Shown: positions 47,181-60,308 of the stretch, piece by piece | Layout: every line of letters starts with the position of its first letter | Position numbering within the stretch: position 1 is the first letter of the stretch | From: Penicillus capitatus | Taxonomy: Eukaryota > Plantae > Chlorophyta | Assembly: GCA_965649825.1 (NCBI GenBank) | Contig: OZ287704.1 | Span: forward strand, 174,101-238,100 | Reading direction: 5' to 3' | DNA: 64,000 nucleotides | Made by a program: the position numbers and the translations under genes | The notes under the pieces: model-generated | Database searches by the model: none | What the model was told of the DNA's origin: nothing | What the model saw: the letters and a program-made list of their open reading frames with translations, nothing else

Positions 47181-48253
47181 AAACCTTGTTTGTCCCTTGC
47201 CGTTCACAACATTTGGACGATTGTGACTCCTGTTGTGCTCTTTTCAGTGTTTCCTGAAACAATGTTTCATAATGTATCCGTTTTCTTGCCAATTCTGTGG
47301 GGGTCATTGACACCTGAACCCCGTTATAGAAGTTAGCTGACTGGCAGCCACTAGTTTCTGACCATACCTCATTTTTGCGGTCACTGCCTTGAAAATGAAA
47401 CTTCATTGAAACTGTCAAGTACAAAGAGGACTCAATAGCTGCTTGCTTGTACTTATGGAAGTGGCATGATGCTCATTTGGTTTCTTTGATTCGTATGAAT
47501 TCGCACAAGCTGTTCTCTGGAGTTTAGCTGTCTCGCTTTGCGTCGGAGACGAAATAAAAAACGAGACGAGAGACATCAGTTCTTCAGCTTTTAAAGAGTT
47601 CATCTTGTAAACTGCTGCGTAAGAATCGAAGACCAACCCAACGGGCGGTCAAACGGCGAGTGGCTGGACGAAGAAGTGGCTGGGTGGTTGGCTGGCGCAT
47701 GAATGGATGGATGGTTGTTCGGTCCGATGGATTCACAAGTCTTGCACGCAGACAGCTGTCACATCAACACCGACACCGCCAGTTACGTTTGGCAGCGCCA
47801 ATTCGTGACCAAGTGTGTATCACAATCCGTCATCTTTAAGCTCCATTTGACTGCTATGTAACAACTAGATCGCACTTCATCCGTCTGCCGCTTTTTTGAT
47901 GATACCATCTGACGCGTGATCGGTTTTATTTTCAGTCAGACACGCGCACGACTTAAGTTATCGTAAGGCTTAGTAGACAAACAGTTAGTTAGACACTCCT
48001 ATTGCTTTTTCGTGACCGTACTCTGTCAGTTGCTTCCAATGAATGATAGGAGTACCACGTCCTTTCCGCATGTGTGTTAGTTACACCTTGTTTATTCGTT
48101 AGCCCACCTCACGCATAATCAACAATAAAATATCACGCCCTTGCCCAGAAGGGAGAAACTCAGTATAGCAGAAAATACAGCAACGACTTTTGAGGGATAA
48201 AGAGAGTGACATTCTGTTCATACTTTTGAATTCAAAGGCCCCATGAGATGTAA

Positions 48254-50310
48254 TCATTTCGATAACGATGCAACAATGAATGTCTCGGGTTGCTGTATAA
48301 CGGGACCGGTCGGATTGGTGGCAATCACAATCCCTATGCCTTTCGTTCGCCCTTCCCTGAAAACGAACCGAGTGCCTTGGACTAAGTACTCTGGACGTTG
48401 TAAGAATCTGAAGCGCACGATGGCTCGATCGCCAGACCGCAATCGTTCCTTGTCCATCGCCACGACCCGAGCCGATTGTTTCACAATCTCGCAATGAATG
48501 ACAGCCTGGTAACGGGGTTGAATCGTGGTGGAATGTGTGAGAATGGCAATGTCGGCATCAAATTCCCATGTCGCGAGCGGCTTCAAATGTGGATCCAACA
48601 GGACCATTCCCTTGCGCACTTGATTTCTTTTCACTTTCTTCAAAGCCAGCGACGCCGTTTGGCCAGCAACCACCTAGAAAGCATCACACATTCTCATTGC
48701 TTCCCAAAAAGTGTGAGATCGATCTGTCAGAGCACAGAAGTCATCAGCCTCAATTTCAGGCTCATTATCTCGTTTTGCATCATTCAGATAGAAAGCAAAA
48801 AATGCGTCGCGGGATTCTGCCTACCTCACTGATGAGTAGTCTCTTGTAGTGTATTCCTTTGACAGCTGTAGGTTTGAATCCAGCATCGGTCATGTCAGGT
48901 CCCAGCAACAAACTGGAGTTGTTGCGTATGACGCCACTCTTGACCGTTCCGGCCACCACCGTTCCCACTCCCGGTACCACGAATGTCTCATCGATGACAA
49001 ACTGAGCAGGCTGGGTCCATTTCTCAGACCAGGACGTACGTTGCGGCAGCAGCATAAAAAACAATCGTACCAAATCCAATCCTTCTCCTGTCACGGAGGA
49101 CGTCAAAAAAATTGGAGCCAAAGCATCGGCATGGATATTCCGTGCACACAGAAGCACATCTGCCCTGTTGCGCACGGTAATGGGCCTTTTCTTGACGCCA
49201 GGCTTCTTCAAGATTCCGCTCAGTGTCTGGATCGTATTGGCCAAAATGTGCTTGGGGCAGATATCTGTTTTGGTAATGACGAAGAAGGCAGGGATCTTCA
49301 GAGCCATAGCCACACCAAAATGCTCTTTGCACATGCCAATCACGCCAGCATTTGCTCCCACAATGACACAAGCGTAGTCTGGTAAGTGTCCTGTCAAACC
49401 GTAGGCAGTCGTCTTAAAATATTTCTCATGTCCTGCCAGATCCACCAGGGTCACCACCTTCGATGCTCGAGCGATATACTCAGAACAGTTCGTCGTCTTG
49501 AACAGAGGATCATTTAAGATGTTCATCCTACTGTCAATCTACGCACACATCTCTTCTCACACATCACTCTTTTGACAGGATGTGTTTTACGGCTAGATTG
49601 TGTTGTCCGATCGATGACGTTCGTCCAGTCGATTCCTCGTGTGTGTGACGGAAGACTTTGGATCGAGCGAAGCCGCGGCCGTCGTCCAAGACAGAACGTG
49701 TCAGAACACCGACCATTGTGGATTTCCCACTGTCCACATTTCCAATCATTGCCACACGTACCTCCAACGGCTGACGTTGACCTGGACGCAGACGGACGGT
49801 GCAACAGGCAACGTACAGCGACACAGGTCCCTTTCCATCGGACGTTTCCACGATCCTTTCGTGCAGAACTGTCACATCAGCATCGCATGCATCTAGATAC
49901 ATGTCCTGTCACAATGTGATCTTGGAGGGATTGACTGCCATTGTGTGACCTGCAGCGGCGGTGAGTTGGGATATGACGCTTTTGCGTTTTTCAGGGGTGT
50001 TCACGACGTGTCCCCACGAACTCGGACTACCAACCTCCATAAGCACCTCCCCGACCTCCGTCAGTTGTCGCTGCATCAGTCCGATGGCGCATTCCACGCG
50101 TGCCGCGAGTTGCTCCTCGGATGAGAGATCGTTCGAAGAGGTGGGTATGCGCTCGGCGTCGTGTGAACTCAAATTCGCGAAACGGTCGAGTGTATCGAGC
50201 AACGCCGTGGCAGGACTGTTTTCTTGCAAATTCGTCAAACCTTCCACCCACCCCATTCGCTGATTGGCAGCCTGGCTCAAGTGATGCGGTGTCTTCTTGT
50301 GTCCGGACAT
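48254..50310 (-). CDS. GTPBP1: GTP-binding protein 1/2 (translational GTPase)
   Basis: G1 [24 protein letters not shown]3 [50 protein letters not shown]1 versus GTPBP2 is not resolvable by eye. Confidence 0.9.
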
Positions 50311-50410
50311 CGTTTCAAACGCGAATCTTCAAAACCTCAAGCCCGCCCCGTACGAATCAAATGTGATGCGACTGCTGCTATACTGCAATTAACCGGAAAC
50401 GAGTGAGAAG

Positions 50411-52606
50411 CTATTCCAGCATTTTACGAAAGTCATCGTTTGTCAGAGACTCGCCGCCCTCTTTGGGGGGAAGTGCACCTCGACCACGTCCTCGGCTTCG
50501 ACCCCGCCCCCTCGTGCGCTGCTCTCTGGGATGCGGAACGCCTCGGTGCAGACGGGTGGGACAGGAGATCTGGACCAGAATCTTCTTTCCATTCAGTAAT
50601 GTATGGCTCTTCTCCAATCCCGCCTGCATCCCGGCCTCGTCTGCGAAGACGATATAGGCATGACCTCGACTATCCCCGTTGAAGAATCGCATGTGCCGCA
50701 GGGCAGTGATTTCGCCACAGTCTTGGAAGATTTCGCGCAGCTGACTATCTTCCGTCCCAAGGGCAATGCGTGAGACGTACAATGTGTTTTTGTCGTCGTA
50801 GAACTCGCGATGGCCTTCTTTCTTTTGCCCATCGTCATCGACTTGGACTTTTTTTCTTGCGTGTTCATCCTTGTGCACTTTGGCTTGGAATCGACGGAGT
50901 TGCGTGACATCGGATGTCGTCAGCTTCGTCGCCTTCTTGGCTTTCTTCTGAGCAGCCGAAGCCAAGGATGGATGCTGCTGTGCTGCAACGGAAGCTGTGT
51001 AATCTTGAAGGAAAGTCTGCGTCGATTGGACAGCATTGGCATACTGCCGAGGTGTGCCTGTCATTCCTAGCATCAAAAGAGTGACCGCACTGTCACCACT
51101 CATTATCTGAACCGTACCTTCATGTCGAAGCCACTCGAGCACCAGTGCATATCTCGCTGCCGAATCGGTGATCGCATGGAAGGCACGACTGTAGAGCTTG
51201 CGTGCCGGTCCGTGGTGTTTTTCGCTGACCTCCATGCGAATGTAGTACATCCACGTCTCTGCTGCCGATGCGACTTGAGGATCCTGCAGAAGATCTTCCC
51301 AAACGGATCGCGCTTGATCGATGTCGTTTGCGATGGAGATGAGACATTCCGTCCAGTATCGCCCAATTCGATGCTGTCGGTCCAGATACTTGGGAAAGTA
51401 GCTCTTCATCAAGGAACTGGCAAATGCAAAGGCGTCAACCAATGGGGTGAAAGAAACCTCCTCGTCTGATGCTTTCTTTCGCCTCCAGTAATCACAGCGG
51501 AGGAAATCGAGCCATGCCAAGAGCACCACCATGTAATCCTCTTCCGTCTGAAGCCCAGCCTGCAATGCCCCTTCATAGATCTTCTGCGTTTCGGGTGCCG
51601 CTTTCTCATACAATGCGGCTGCACGAATGCGTCTTTCCCACAGTGAACCCAACCACGGGCAGTTTCGAGTCGCTCTTGTGTAGAGATCCTGTATCTTCGC
51701 ATGGCACTTGGTCTTCTTCTCGATGTAGCTGCCGTACTGCAACCAAAGAGAATGGGTCACCGGAAAATCGGCAATTGCTCTTTCGTAGATACACTCCACT
51801 TGGCGCACAGATCCGTGGCGTTCTTCCATCGCGCTGTAGGACACGTAGGCTGCCAGCTTCTCTGTCACTTCTTCGACCGATAGCGCCTTCTCACATTTCT
51901 GTCGTGCATCAATAGCTTCGGCGGCACTTTTCATGAGAGACTGCACGTGTGGAGGGGGTTCTGTTGTCATACTTCCCATCTCGTGCTCCCACTGACGATA
52001 CGAGTCCAGAACGGTCTCTGCGTGAAGCAGAGGTATCTGCAAAGCGTCGAAGTATAACTGTCGGATTCTCTCGACCTGATCTTCTCTCTCTTCTGTCGGC
52101 AGAAGCGCCAGAATCTTTCTCTCGCCGTTCACAATCTCCATCCAGATTTCATGGCCTTGCGAAAAATGCACGCCGGCGATCTCTAATGCCTCGGCCGATA
52201 CCCGTCGCCATTTTTCCAGCCTCTCTGCAGATGCATCGAGCAAAGCGGGATCTCTTGTTAACTGCAATCGTCGTTTCCATAAAGTCATTGAAAGATAGTC
52301 CCGGACAGCAAGATTCAGAAGCTCCTCCTGTGTTTCCTCTTCGGTTTCGTCTTCGAGCCACTCCAACCAGAGCTTCTCGGAAAGAGGAAAGCGCTGCTGG
52401 AACTCCCTTCGGGCCCGGCGGAGCTTCTCTTTGAGACCTGCGCCACGGAGAACGGCAATGTAATGTATGTGTGTATCGTAGAGGTGGGGATTCTGTTTGA
52501 GTTCTTTCTCGCAGTCCATAAGTGACTGGACATCTCCTTCGGCAACGCCGTCGAGCAAATCCATCCCTGCCGACGAGCTGTCGCTATCCGAAGCCTCGTG
52601 CGACAT
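50411..52606 (-). CDS. SART3: SART3/Prp24 U4/U6 recycling factor (HAT repeats plus RRM)
   Basis: NPHLYDTHIHYI..LR...LRRARREF...FPLSEKLWLEWLEDE, YERAIADFP...LWLQY, RATRNCPW, RRM TLYVSRI..RGHAYIVF, C-terminal LTNDDFRKML. Confidence 0.9.
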   Translation of the reverse strand: MSHEASDSDSSSAGMDLLDGVAEGDVQSLMDCEKELKQNPHLYDTHIHYIAVLRGAGLKEKLRRARREFQQRFPLSEKLWLEWLEDETEEETQEELLNLAVRDYLSMTLWKRRLQLTRDPALLDASAERLEKWRRVSAEALEIAGVHFSQGHEIWMEIVNGERKILALLPTEEREDQVERIRQLYFDALQIPLLHAETVLDSYRQWEHEMGSMTTEPPPHVQSLMKSAAEAIDARQKCEKALSVEEVTEKLAAYVSYSAMEERHGSVRQVECIYERAIADFPVTHSLWLQYGSYIEKKTKCHAKIQDLYTRATRNCPWLGSLWERRIRAAALYEKAAPETQKIYEGALQAGLQTEEDYMVVLLAWLDFLRCDYWRRKKASDEEVSFTPLVDAFAFASSLMKSYFPKYLDRQHRIGRYWTECLISIANDIDQARSVWEDLLQDPQVASAAETWMYYIRMEVSEKHHGPARKLYSRAFHAITDSAARYALVLEWLRHEGTVQIMSGDSAVTLLMLGMTGTPRQYANAVQSTQTFLQDYTASVAAQQHPSLASAAQKKAKKATKLTTSDVTQLRRFQAKVHKDEHARKKVQVDDDGQKKEGHREFYDDKNTLYVSRIALGTEDSQLREIFQDCGEITALRHMRFFNGDSRGHAYIVFADEAGMQAGLEKSHTLLNGKKILVQISCPTRLHRGVPHPREQRTRGRGRSRGRGRGALPPKEGGESLTNDDFRKMLE

Positions 52607-52713
52607 CTAAAACCAACGCTCTCCGAGACACATCACGACGTTGTTCATTCGATACCTTCGGTCGCTTCGATCCGCGTTCAGACATCTCGTCGCTCATTTT
52701 CGAAACGCAAGAG

Positions 52714-53868
52714 ATGGAGGTCATCGTGTCGACAGTGCTGAAGGTCATCTTGGGTCGAAGGATACAGGCATGGCATAAGCAAACGTAGAATGCTGTTTCC
52801 CGACGGACAGAGTTGCTCCCCCTTCCTCGCTGGATCGTAATCTCTCACTCTGGACGGTGCTTGGATGCAAGACCAGCGACGGATATTGTACTGCAGATGT
52901 ACCTGTTTAGGATTCATCCATCCATCTGTCAAATCCTTCGCGTTCACAGATCAATGGAGCTTACATTCGTAACGCTTTGTGTGAGAGGTGTTAAGCGACG
53001 GATTCGTTTTCATGCGAATCTATCGATTATACGTTTTTGCTGCCTGTCCGTTGCCTCCTGTATTGTTCCGTTAGCAACGGTGACTATTTATGGCTTCGAT
53101 TTTGATTGGCGTTTTTGAGGTTGGCGGTTCTTTCTTGACAGTACTGTACCCATGCCTTTTCAGTCCTTGTTCTCAGAATCGGTGTCTGTATACGCATTGA
53201 ATGCCATTATGCACTGCCCGATGGTATTGACAAGGTGATAGAGAGCTAACTGGATGCGCGGAGGACTATGTTGTCACAAGAGCAAAGTCAAACTTCACTT
53301 CTATAAACGTACGGCGTTTGTGCATTGCCTGTGAACAGTTTTCAACTGACTCAGGGGTAAGTAACACCCTTCAAGACACATTTTCGATCCTTTTCCCTTC
53401 GCCCTCAAAGGAAGCAAAGTCTATATAGAATCGGTGACTTCAATTCACATGCATCATCGGCCAAAAATGCCACAGGTATGTATAGCTACTGCGACGGGAC
53501 ACCACGATCGATACCACGTGGGAGGTGGGCACAACAACTCACTGCATCAAGGAATGCAATCCATTGAAGAAAAGATCGGTTCGGATCATCTGTATGGAAT
53601 GCAGGTCCGTCACAGTCGAAAGGAGAAAGAATCGGAGTCGAGATGCACATCTGAAATGCCTTCAGACAAGGCGCTGCTTCTGTTAAACATCATCACGAAC
53701 CTTCCAGACCACTCACTCCATTTCTCTCTCGCATGGCAAAAGTCCAGCATTCATCCGCCTGTTGTGTTTGTTCTTCCTCCAAGTTTACTGGCATCAGTGA
53801 TAGATGAGTGCGACGGAATCAACGAACCGATCACAAACATGCTCACCGTCTTCACAGTGTCCCTGTAG
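52714..53868 (+). CDS. Possible multi-exon hypothetical protein
   Basis: ATG 52714 lies head-to-head with SART3. Protein-like stretches (IECHYALPDGIDKVIRELTGCAEDYVV; ORF 53434-53868) and plausible donors (GTAAGT, GTATGT), but I could not build a consistent model. Confidence 0.3.
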
Positions 53869-54072
53869 AATGCTGTTCTACGATGGGCTACTGATATGTA
53901 CGATCATCGATCGATCAAACGATGGCGCGTTTGTATTGCATTCAAATGTACTGGATAGTACATGCGCGATGTGGCAGATCTCGCTCTTTTCTGACCAGCA
54001 TCCTCTCCGTATACACGGACGCTTAAACGACGACTTCTTTTATTCGATAATGTGTCATTCAGCGACGCTTCG

Positions 54073-54914
54073 ATGTCGAAGCTAAAGATTCTCTGTTTGC
54101 ATGGTTATTTACAGAACGCGGAGGTGCGTTGCGTTTGCACTCCACGACCTTCGCAACTCTCTCGATACGTGACAGATTTTCCGTGCTCGGATGGGGTCGT
54201 GGAGGAAGGGTCTCAAGTCCAAAGCCGACTTTATCTACATCGAAGCCCCTCATCTCGTAAGATACGCATGCCTTTGCCAAAGCATAGCCTTTCCTGCTGT
54301 CACAGATGCTGAATGTTGACGATGCCGTTGCCGCAGAGGTTGGCGGCCGACCCAATGGCCGATCGTGGTGGAAGTGGGAGGACGTGCAGGACACCATTCG
54401 GCCATCCAAGTCTAAGAAGTACACAGAATGGCAATCGTCCCTGTCTCTCATCGCCGAGGCACTCGAAGAGCACGCGCCCATTGATGGAATCCTCGGTTTC
54501 TCCCAAGGAGCGACGATTTTGGCCGTGTTCCTGGCTCAGTGGAACAGAGGCGATATCGTCTGCCAATACCTACCGAACTTTGCCATCCTCGTCGGCGGAT
54601 TCATGCCGCGCGATGTCTCGATAGCGCAGTACATTATCCAAGGTCGGCCTTCGCCTTGTTCTCTACATATCTACGGTCAGAACGACGATCTCGTATGTCA
54701 CACTTAATAACACCCTCTGCGGAGCACAACGATATCCCGTGCCACACAGGTGGATGCCTCGCGCAGTCGAGAGCTCATGGAGCAGTTCAGTAATGACCTG
54801 TGCGTTTGTTATGAGCATCGTGGGGCCCATATGATGCCGACATGCAGTGGAGAGACGCGGACCACGGTGATCGCATTTCTCGACCAGATACAAGCTAAAA
54901 CGGAAAATCGCTGA
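54073..54914 (+). CDS. FSH1/OVCA2-family serine hydrolase
   Basis: KLKILCLHGYLQN, YIEAPH, DGILGFSQGA (nucleophile Ser), SLHIYGQNDDLV (Asp), EHRGAHMMP (His); 3 introns. Confidence 0.9.
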
Positions 54915-55693
54915 TCTTCTTTCCGTTGACGTTTTGCCCAGACACCTGTTTGCGCTTTACGTCATTCGGCGTCCTGCCAGTGTATCAACTGAATTCGACA
55001 GGACAGACGACGCGTCACTAACCGACAGGCACATTGGCAAAGCACTTTTCGCCATCGTATCGATTTCCGCAGCACGTAGGTTTCAGATTTCCGTTTTCTG
55101 GTTCCGCACTAGTCGTTGCTGTGTCTACGTCTTTTCTGGTCTCTTTTCCTTCCCGCATTATTGGTCGCCTTTATACGTAGCATCCGTCACTCGTCCGCTC
55201 AACAAAGGTTCAACCAACAAGAAAGCATCTCGCCGCCATGCCGTAAGCTTTGTCCTTGAATGGCTGTTCGAGACCGGCTGTCTTTCATTGAAGCGAAGCG
55301 AAGCAAAAAGGTGGTGAAATGGTGAGTACTCGTGGTAAAAGGTCGGCACGCAATTCAACGTCCTCGAAGGTCATCCAGATACGCATCCTCGATGCAGACG
55401 GGATGACGAGATGCGTGCATGTATAGGGAAATGCGAGAAGTGAGGTCGAGGCACGTAGAGATGCTGCCAAAGCGTATGGATTGCTGGCGAGTCAACGCAA
55501 TCGATTGGCTCAGGTTCGGAAGTCGAAAAAGAATCCGCAGCGTTCGAAATCCATGTCTGCACTCCGTGAAAAAAGCTACTCTCCAAAAGTGTGAGCTTTG
55601 TTATCGACTGTCTCGTTTCTCACACGTTATAGCAGATGAAACTAAGATCGGACATCCCGAGAGTCGCAAAGGATTGTCACGACCATTCGGACA

Positions 55694-58382
55694 ATGCAAC
55701 ACGCGTTCAGGTCGTTGGTCACACTTTTCGCCGAGAAGAGACTGTGTGATCAAGCATTGCAGGCATGGCTTTGCGAAACGCCCATGATGTCCATGAAATT
55801 GGGCCCTTTTGACGAAAGTTGTCAAGCCGCCGAGTCGAAAATCCACACCGTTCATGATATCGCAACCCAAACCGCACAAAGTTCATTTCCGTCGCGGGCA
55901 CAAAGTTCATTTCAATCGCCTGCTGTTGGCACGGCAGATGTCGAATGCCAGACGAGCTTCTCAGATCCGTCTGTAAGGAGAACGCCTGTTATGCGAGCCT
56001 GCCTCGGGATGACGTCTTTGCCGTGTAGCCGTCCTCTGAAGAAGGCGTCAGCCAACTGCAAGCGAAAGACGCGACGGAAATTTGTAAACTCACTCCTCCA
56101 TATGATCAGACATCCTCTTGCACGATTGAAGAAAACGATCGAGAAAAACCCGAAGAGTACGAGATCCTGGCAAGCATTCAAGTGAGCACACACCTGAATC
56201 ATCATGATGGCTGGCAGCTACGGCCGCCATCGTGATCCATATCGTTTTTATTGTCTTCTTTTCTCCGTCGTTTCTTTCCATTTACGGGAAAGTGGGAGGA
56301 GTCTGTTCAACAGGCGCTGAAAGAAATGAAGAAGGCTCTGATGGCAGAGAAACACGTTATTGAATTGAAGATTGAAGAGCTAAAACTTCGTCAGGAAGTT
56401 CGTGCCTTGAAAAGAGATGTCAAAAAATCGCGTGAAGAACTCAGGTCCCTCGTGTCGCTCGAAAAAGAAGAGCAACAGGAAGAACACAACCACCGTGTGA
56501 AATCCCCCTCGACAGATGAACAGCCTTCATCCCGTCGTCATCCCATTCGTGCCTATGATAGATCGTTCAGTACTGGAGACTTGGATAACGTTCAGGACAC
56601 TTCCGCGGACCTCAAAGGTAACATCGCGTCGCCAATCCCTGTTCTCATTGCTGTTTGTTATCCGGTGCAGAAACGGACCGCGATTCCCCGCATGTCGCAT
56701 TGGAGACGGGCACCGACACTGTCCTTGAGGACGGGAGTGTTCTTTACTCAGAAAATAACAGCCACTCTTACTCTGACAGAAACTTAGCAATAGAAGGCGG
56801 TTGCGATGTCGGCAATTGGATAGAGCCATCGCATTTGGCCCCTTATTCCGTCAACGAGGAGTGTGTGTCTGGGAGTGATTTGACAGAAATAAAGGAGTAC
56901 ATCTCCAGAAATTCAAACCTTAGAAGTGCCCCTGCCGTGCTGTTCGGAGCACTGCACGAAGATGACACGGAGTAAATACCTCTCGATCACTTTATATCAT
57001 CTAGTGTTGCTCATGTGTGCTGTATGTATGTAGATCATTCATAAAAGCATCCAGCTACGCCGGAGTCGAAATGCTCTCTGTCTGCGATGTGGAATCGGAA
57101 GACGTTATGTGCAAGTCCTTCAAAGGTGATTTCCGTTTCTCACTCTTTTTGACTTTTCTTTACTGTGACGGGCTTCTCACTCATCGAGTTTCGATCTCTT
57201 TTCACAAAAAAATATGTTCTTAGAAGCCATAGAAAGATTGGCCGGTGGTACTCTAGATGCCACGGAGGACGAACGGGATGAAACGAAGAACGATGTTAGC
57301 ACGAGCGAGAGCGATATCGTATCGATGAGTTACGATGACGAAGACGAATATATTGCCATGCTCGAAAGCATTCCTCTTGACAACATGTCAAATGCACAAG
57401 AAGAGGTGCCCCTCCATCATTGCACAGATCGGTGCTCTTGGCTGACGGTGTTTGTTGTTGTTGTTTAGAAAGACGAGGAGGAAGAGGAAGAGGTGGAAGA
57501 GAGAGATCCGTTCCTGGAATCCGACACCGTCATGCACGTCCAGGAACGAGAGACGACAGTCGAGACTGGCCACGTCCCTTTGCCTATTGTGCCGCTCTTT
57601 CCTGAAATGCTACAACAGGAAATGAGCGTTGTGGACAGCTCTGCCACCGTTGTGTTCTGCAGTCCACGAAACGGACGTGGCAGTCCGCGCTCGTCTCAAA
57701 GACAACTCTCGGAATCGGATCAGCAGATACGCCCGCCTCTCTCGCCAGAAAACGATGCCTCCCTGAGCGATGCTTCTCAGAATGCAAGACTGAGTCCCTC
57801 TGTGTCCGAAGCACTCATTACCGCCTCGAGCTGCTCATCTTGTTGGGTTCAATTCAGTCAAACAGATAGAGACTACATCGATTCACTCACTGCGAAGTTT
57901 CTTTTTGCATTCTGTGATCCACATCCTCCAGAAGTTCTTCGATCCACGGAACTTCCCATTCCACTTCGCGTCTTCACATCCATTCAGAGAGACTGTGCCA
58001 ATTCGTATGTGCAAGAAGCTTTTGACAGAGCCATTTTCGACACCGTTAACACACGCCTCGTTGAAATTTATGAATGTCTTGGGCGCTTGAAAGTGAGCAG
58101 CTTTGTCTGTTTCATCCCTCTTTGCCTTGCGAGACGACGCGTCTTGTGCTCTAGGCTGAAAATGCGTCCCCGGATCAACGACATGTATCGCAGTTACCTT
58201 CTTATGCTTGTCTTTTGGAAAGTGTTCAGAAATGCGTTTTCTACTCGACAGACTGCGATGCCGATCCTTTGGCATCGCATTCCGGTAAAGAACACATCAT
58301 CGATCGCATGATGAAACACGAAGCACACCAAATCTGTAAGGCAACATCAGCATCTCGGTTCTGTCCTTCATTGCCTCAATGA
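55694..58382 (+). CDS. Large low-complexity/coiled-coil hypothetical protein with a DUF4378-like C-terminal helix
   Basis: Exon-like ORFs 55694-56185, 56251-56787, 56655-56975, 57214-57468 and 57493-58311. Coiled coil EKHVIELKIEELKLRQE; QEAFDRAIFDTVNTRLVEIY resembles the DUF4378 motif; TQT-like motifs (DIATQT, VECQT). Start and end are uncertain. Confidence 0.5.
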
Positions 58383-58936
58383 CGAGATTCTGGGAATGAG
58401 AAGGGGATGCATATACCTGGGACGTAGCAGCAAATGCTTTGGAATGCAATAAGAAGCGAACAGACGTGCCTTAACAACACCTACTGACTTCTTCAATGCG
58501 ATTTCTGCTTTCTCAAAAGACAAGACATTTTTCTCAATAACGTGCTCTTTTATACTTTTGCCTCCTGAGCATTGCTCTGAGTCTTACGGGATCTCTTGGG
58601 GTGTTCTAACCATTCCAATCGTCCTAACTGTATTTCATCAATGGAATCGTAGACGTTGGCTTGTGTTCTAGAATTGTCGAAAGGGACGCTTTCTGTTTTT
58701 ATTTGTTCCTTTTCGTCGATTGGTTATTTTTCTTAAACCTCTTGAATCATTGTCTTTCGTAGGAGCCTTTCTTCATTTACCGAAGTAGAATGCATGATAG
58801 GCACCTATAAAATGTGTTTGTGTTTGAGTAAGAATATCGTTCATTCTATGACCAACACCCCACCCAATGTTGTATTCATGAAAGTATAACTACAACGACA
58901 CAGATAGTGTCATTCCTGGCTGCATGTCTTGAATTT

Positions 58937-58954
58937 TGATTGATTGATTGATTG
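58937..58954. repeat. (TGAT)n microsatellite
   Basis: tgattgattgattgattga read directly. Confidence 0.7.
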
Positions 58955-58960
58955 AATGCG

Positions 58961-60102
58961 ATGCCAACCTCCACCACCCACTTCAGCTACAGATAGGCAG
59001 TACCACTCGCCAACTGTGTTGTGGACTGTCTGTCCGTTAAATGGCCCGATGACAATGTTCTGAGTACCTCAGACATTCAAATCTTGGATCCGCGCATTTA
59101 TGTTCTCATCCAAAGTAAATCTCTCAAAGAAAACAGAGTGTCGAACATCGATGGCATTCAATCCTCCGATGTGACAGGCGCGTCGATCTGAGAAGTCATG
59201 ACCATTAGGAAGGCCTGAAGAGCGGCCATGCAATGATAGCTCTTGCTTCCAGGAAAAACTTTTCTGCGGAACAGAAACACGATACAAGTAGAGGGAGGGC
59301 ATTGCTCTCGAGAAACAACAAGCATACCACAATGATCTGGGTCCTTCCACGAACTGTTTGGGCAATATGATGCTCGAAGTTCGGAACAGTCTGAGGACAA
59401 TGAGACATCTTCTGTTATTGCCTATCAAGATAGCTGCAGCAAACCGGAACCGAAGGCATCGCATGTTCCATCATACGCGTCCGCGGAATCGCACCCTGGG
59501 CCAACTGTTCGTTCGTTCTCTACATTACCGTTCCGCCGAACTCCATTTCTGGACACAGTCGACCACCGAGCACTCGCACTCTGCGACATGAATAGCAATT
59601 GAACTCGATTCGACTCGAGCTAACACGCTTCGTCTATTGGACAGCGTACATACCATGGACAGAAACCAGACGGATATTGCAACAGCAACTCGATGCGCGA
59701 GCCACGCCGATGGCACTCGAATCTGACTGAAACAAGAGAGCATTGTGTGTTTAGTCCCGATGACACCTGATCAACTGGCATCGGGCATTGGTGTAGATGG
59801 AAGACGAGCTGAACACCGGCGACATTTTTTCGAGCAAAAATCTCGCTCTGCGTTAGAAGTGCGTTTGTTTGGAGGCGCTGAAGCTGACGACATAGGCTCA
59901 AAAGGAGCAATTCGCACAGGAGAAGGAAGAATACTCTTATTCCGTCAATGAGTGGAACTGCGAGCTTGCCGAGCGAGTTGAGAGTGTCAATACTCGGGAT
60001 ATTTGTCATTCTAGTTAGGGAGGACACCCTATGCGACAGATAATCAAGTCTAATCTCTAAAAGGTGGCAGTTTACAGGAAGCTGACATGTCCACGGGCAT
60101 GA
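58961..60102 (+). pseudogene. Stop-interrupted coding-like frame (pseudogene, or a gene with unresolved tiny introns)
   Basis: ATG 58961 and protein-like frames (DARSSEQSEDNETSS...; AQKEQFAQEKEEYSYSVNEWNCELAERVE) broken by many stops. In-register antisense ORFs 59069-59464, 59525-59743 and 59620-60147 are open. Confidence 0.45.
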
Positions 60103-60308
60103 GGCAAAGAAAAAACGGCTAAAGACAGCTGAGAGGAGAGTTGTCATAATCAGCCCTCTCGCAGATAAATAAAACGTCAGTGACGTGAAAACAGACTTGC
60201 TTATAACCTTTTGTTAGACTTCTGAACTTTTTGTTTTACAATGATCAAACCTCATCATTGTCTCGACGTCCATTCTATACGTAACGATTGTTCTATCGAT
60301 TTACAATA

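Noticed and set aside
47630-47730. GGCTGG/TGGA-rich stretch as a telomere-like or regulatory repeat
   Set aside because: Short, irregular low-complexity sequence with no consistent unit.
2765-51117. Several stop-free introns with length a multiple of 3 (e.g. 11891-11938, 16891-16947, 44851-44910, 51067-51117)
   Set aside because: With about 50-nt introns at about 50% GC, a sizeable minority are expected by chance; no excess is evident without counting.
55875-55915. 24-bp direct repeat GCACAAAGTTCATTTC
   Set aside because: A small in-frame duplication in a disordered coding region (AQSSF twice); no element hallmarks.
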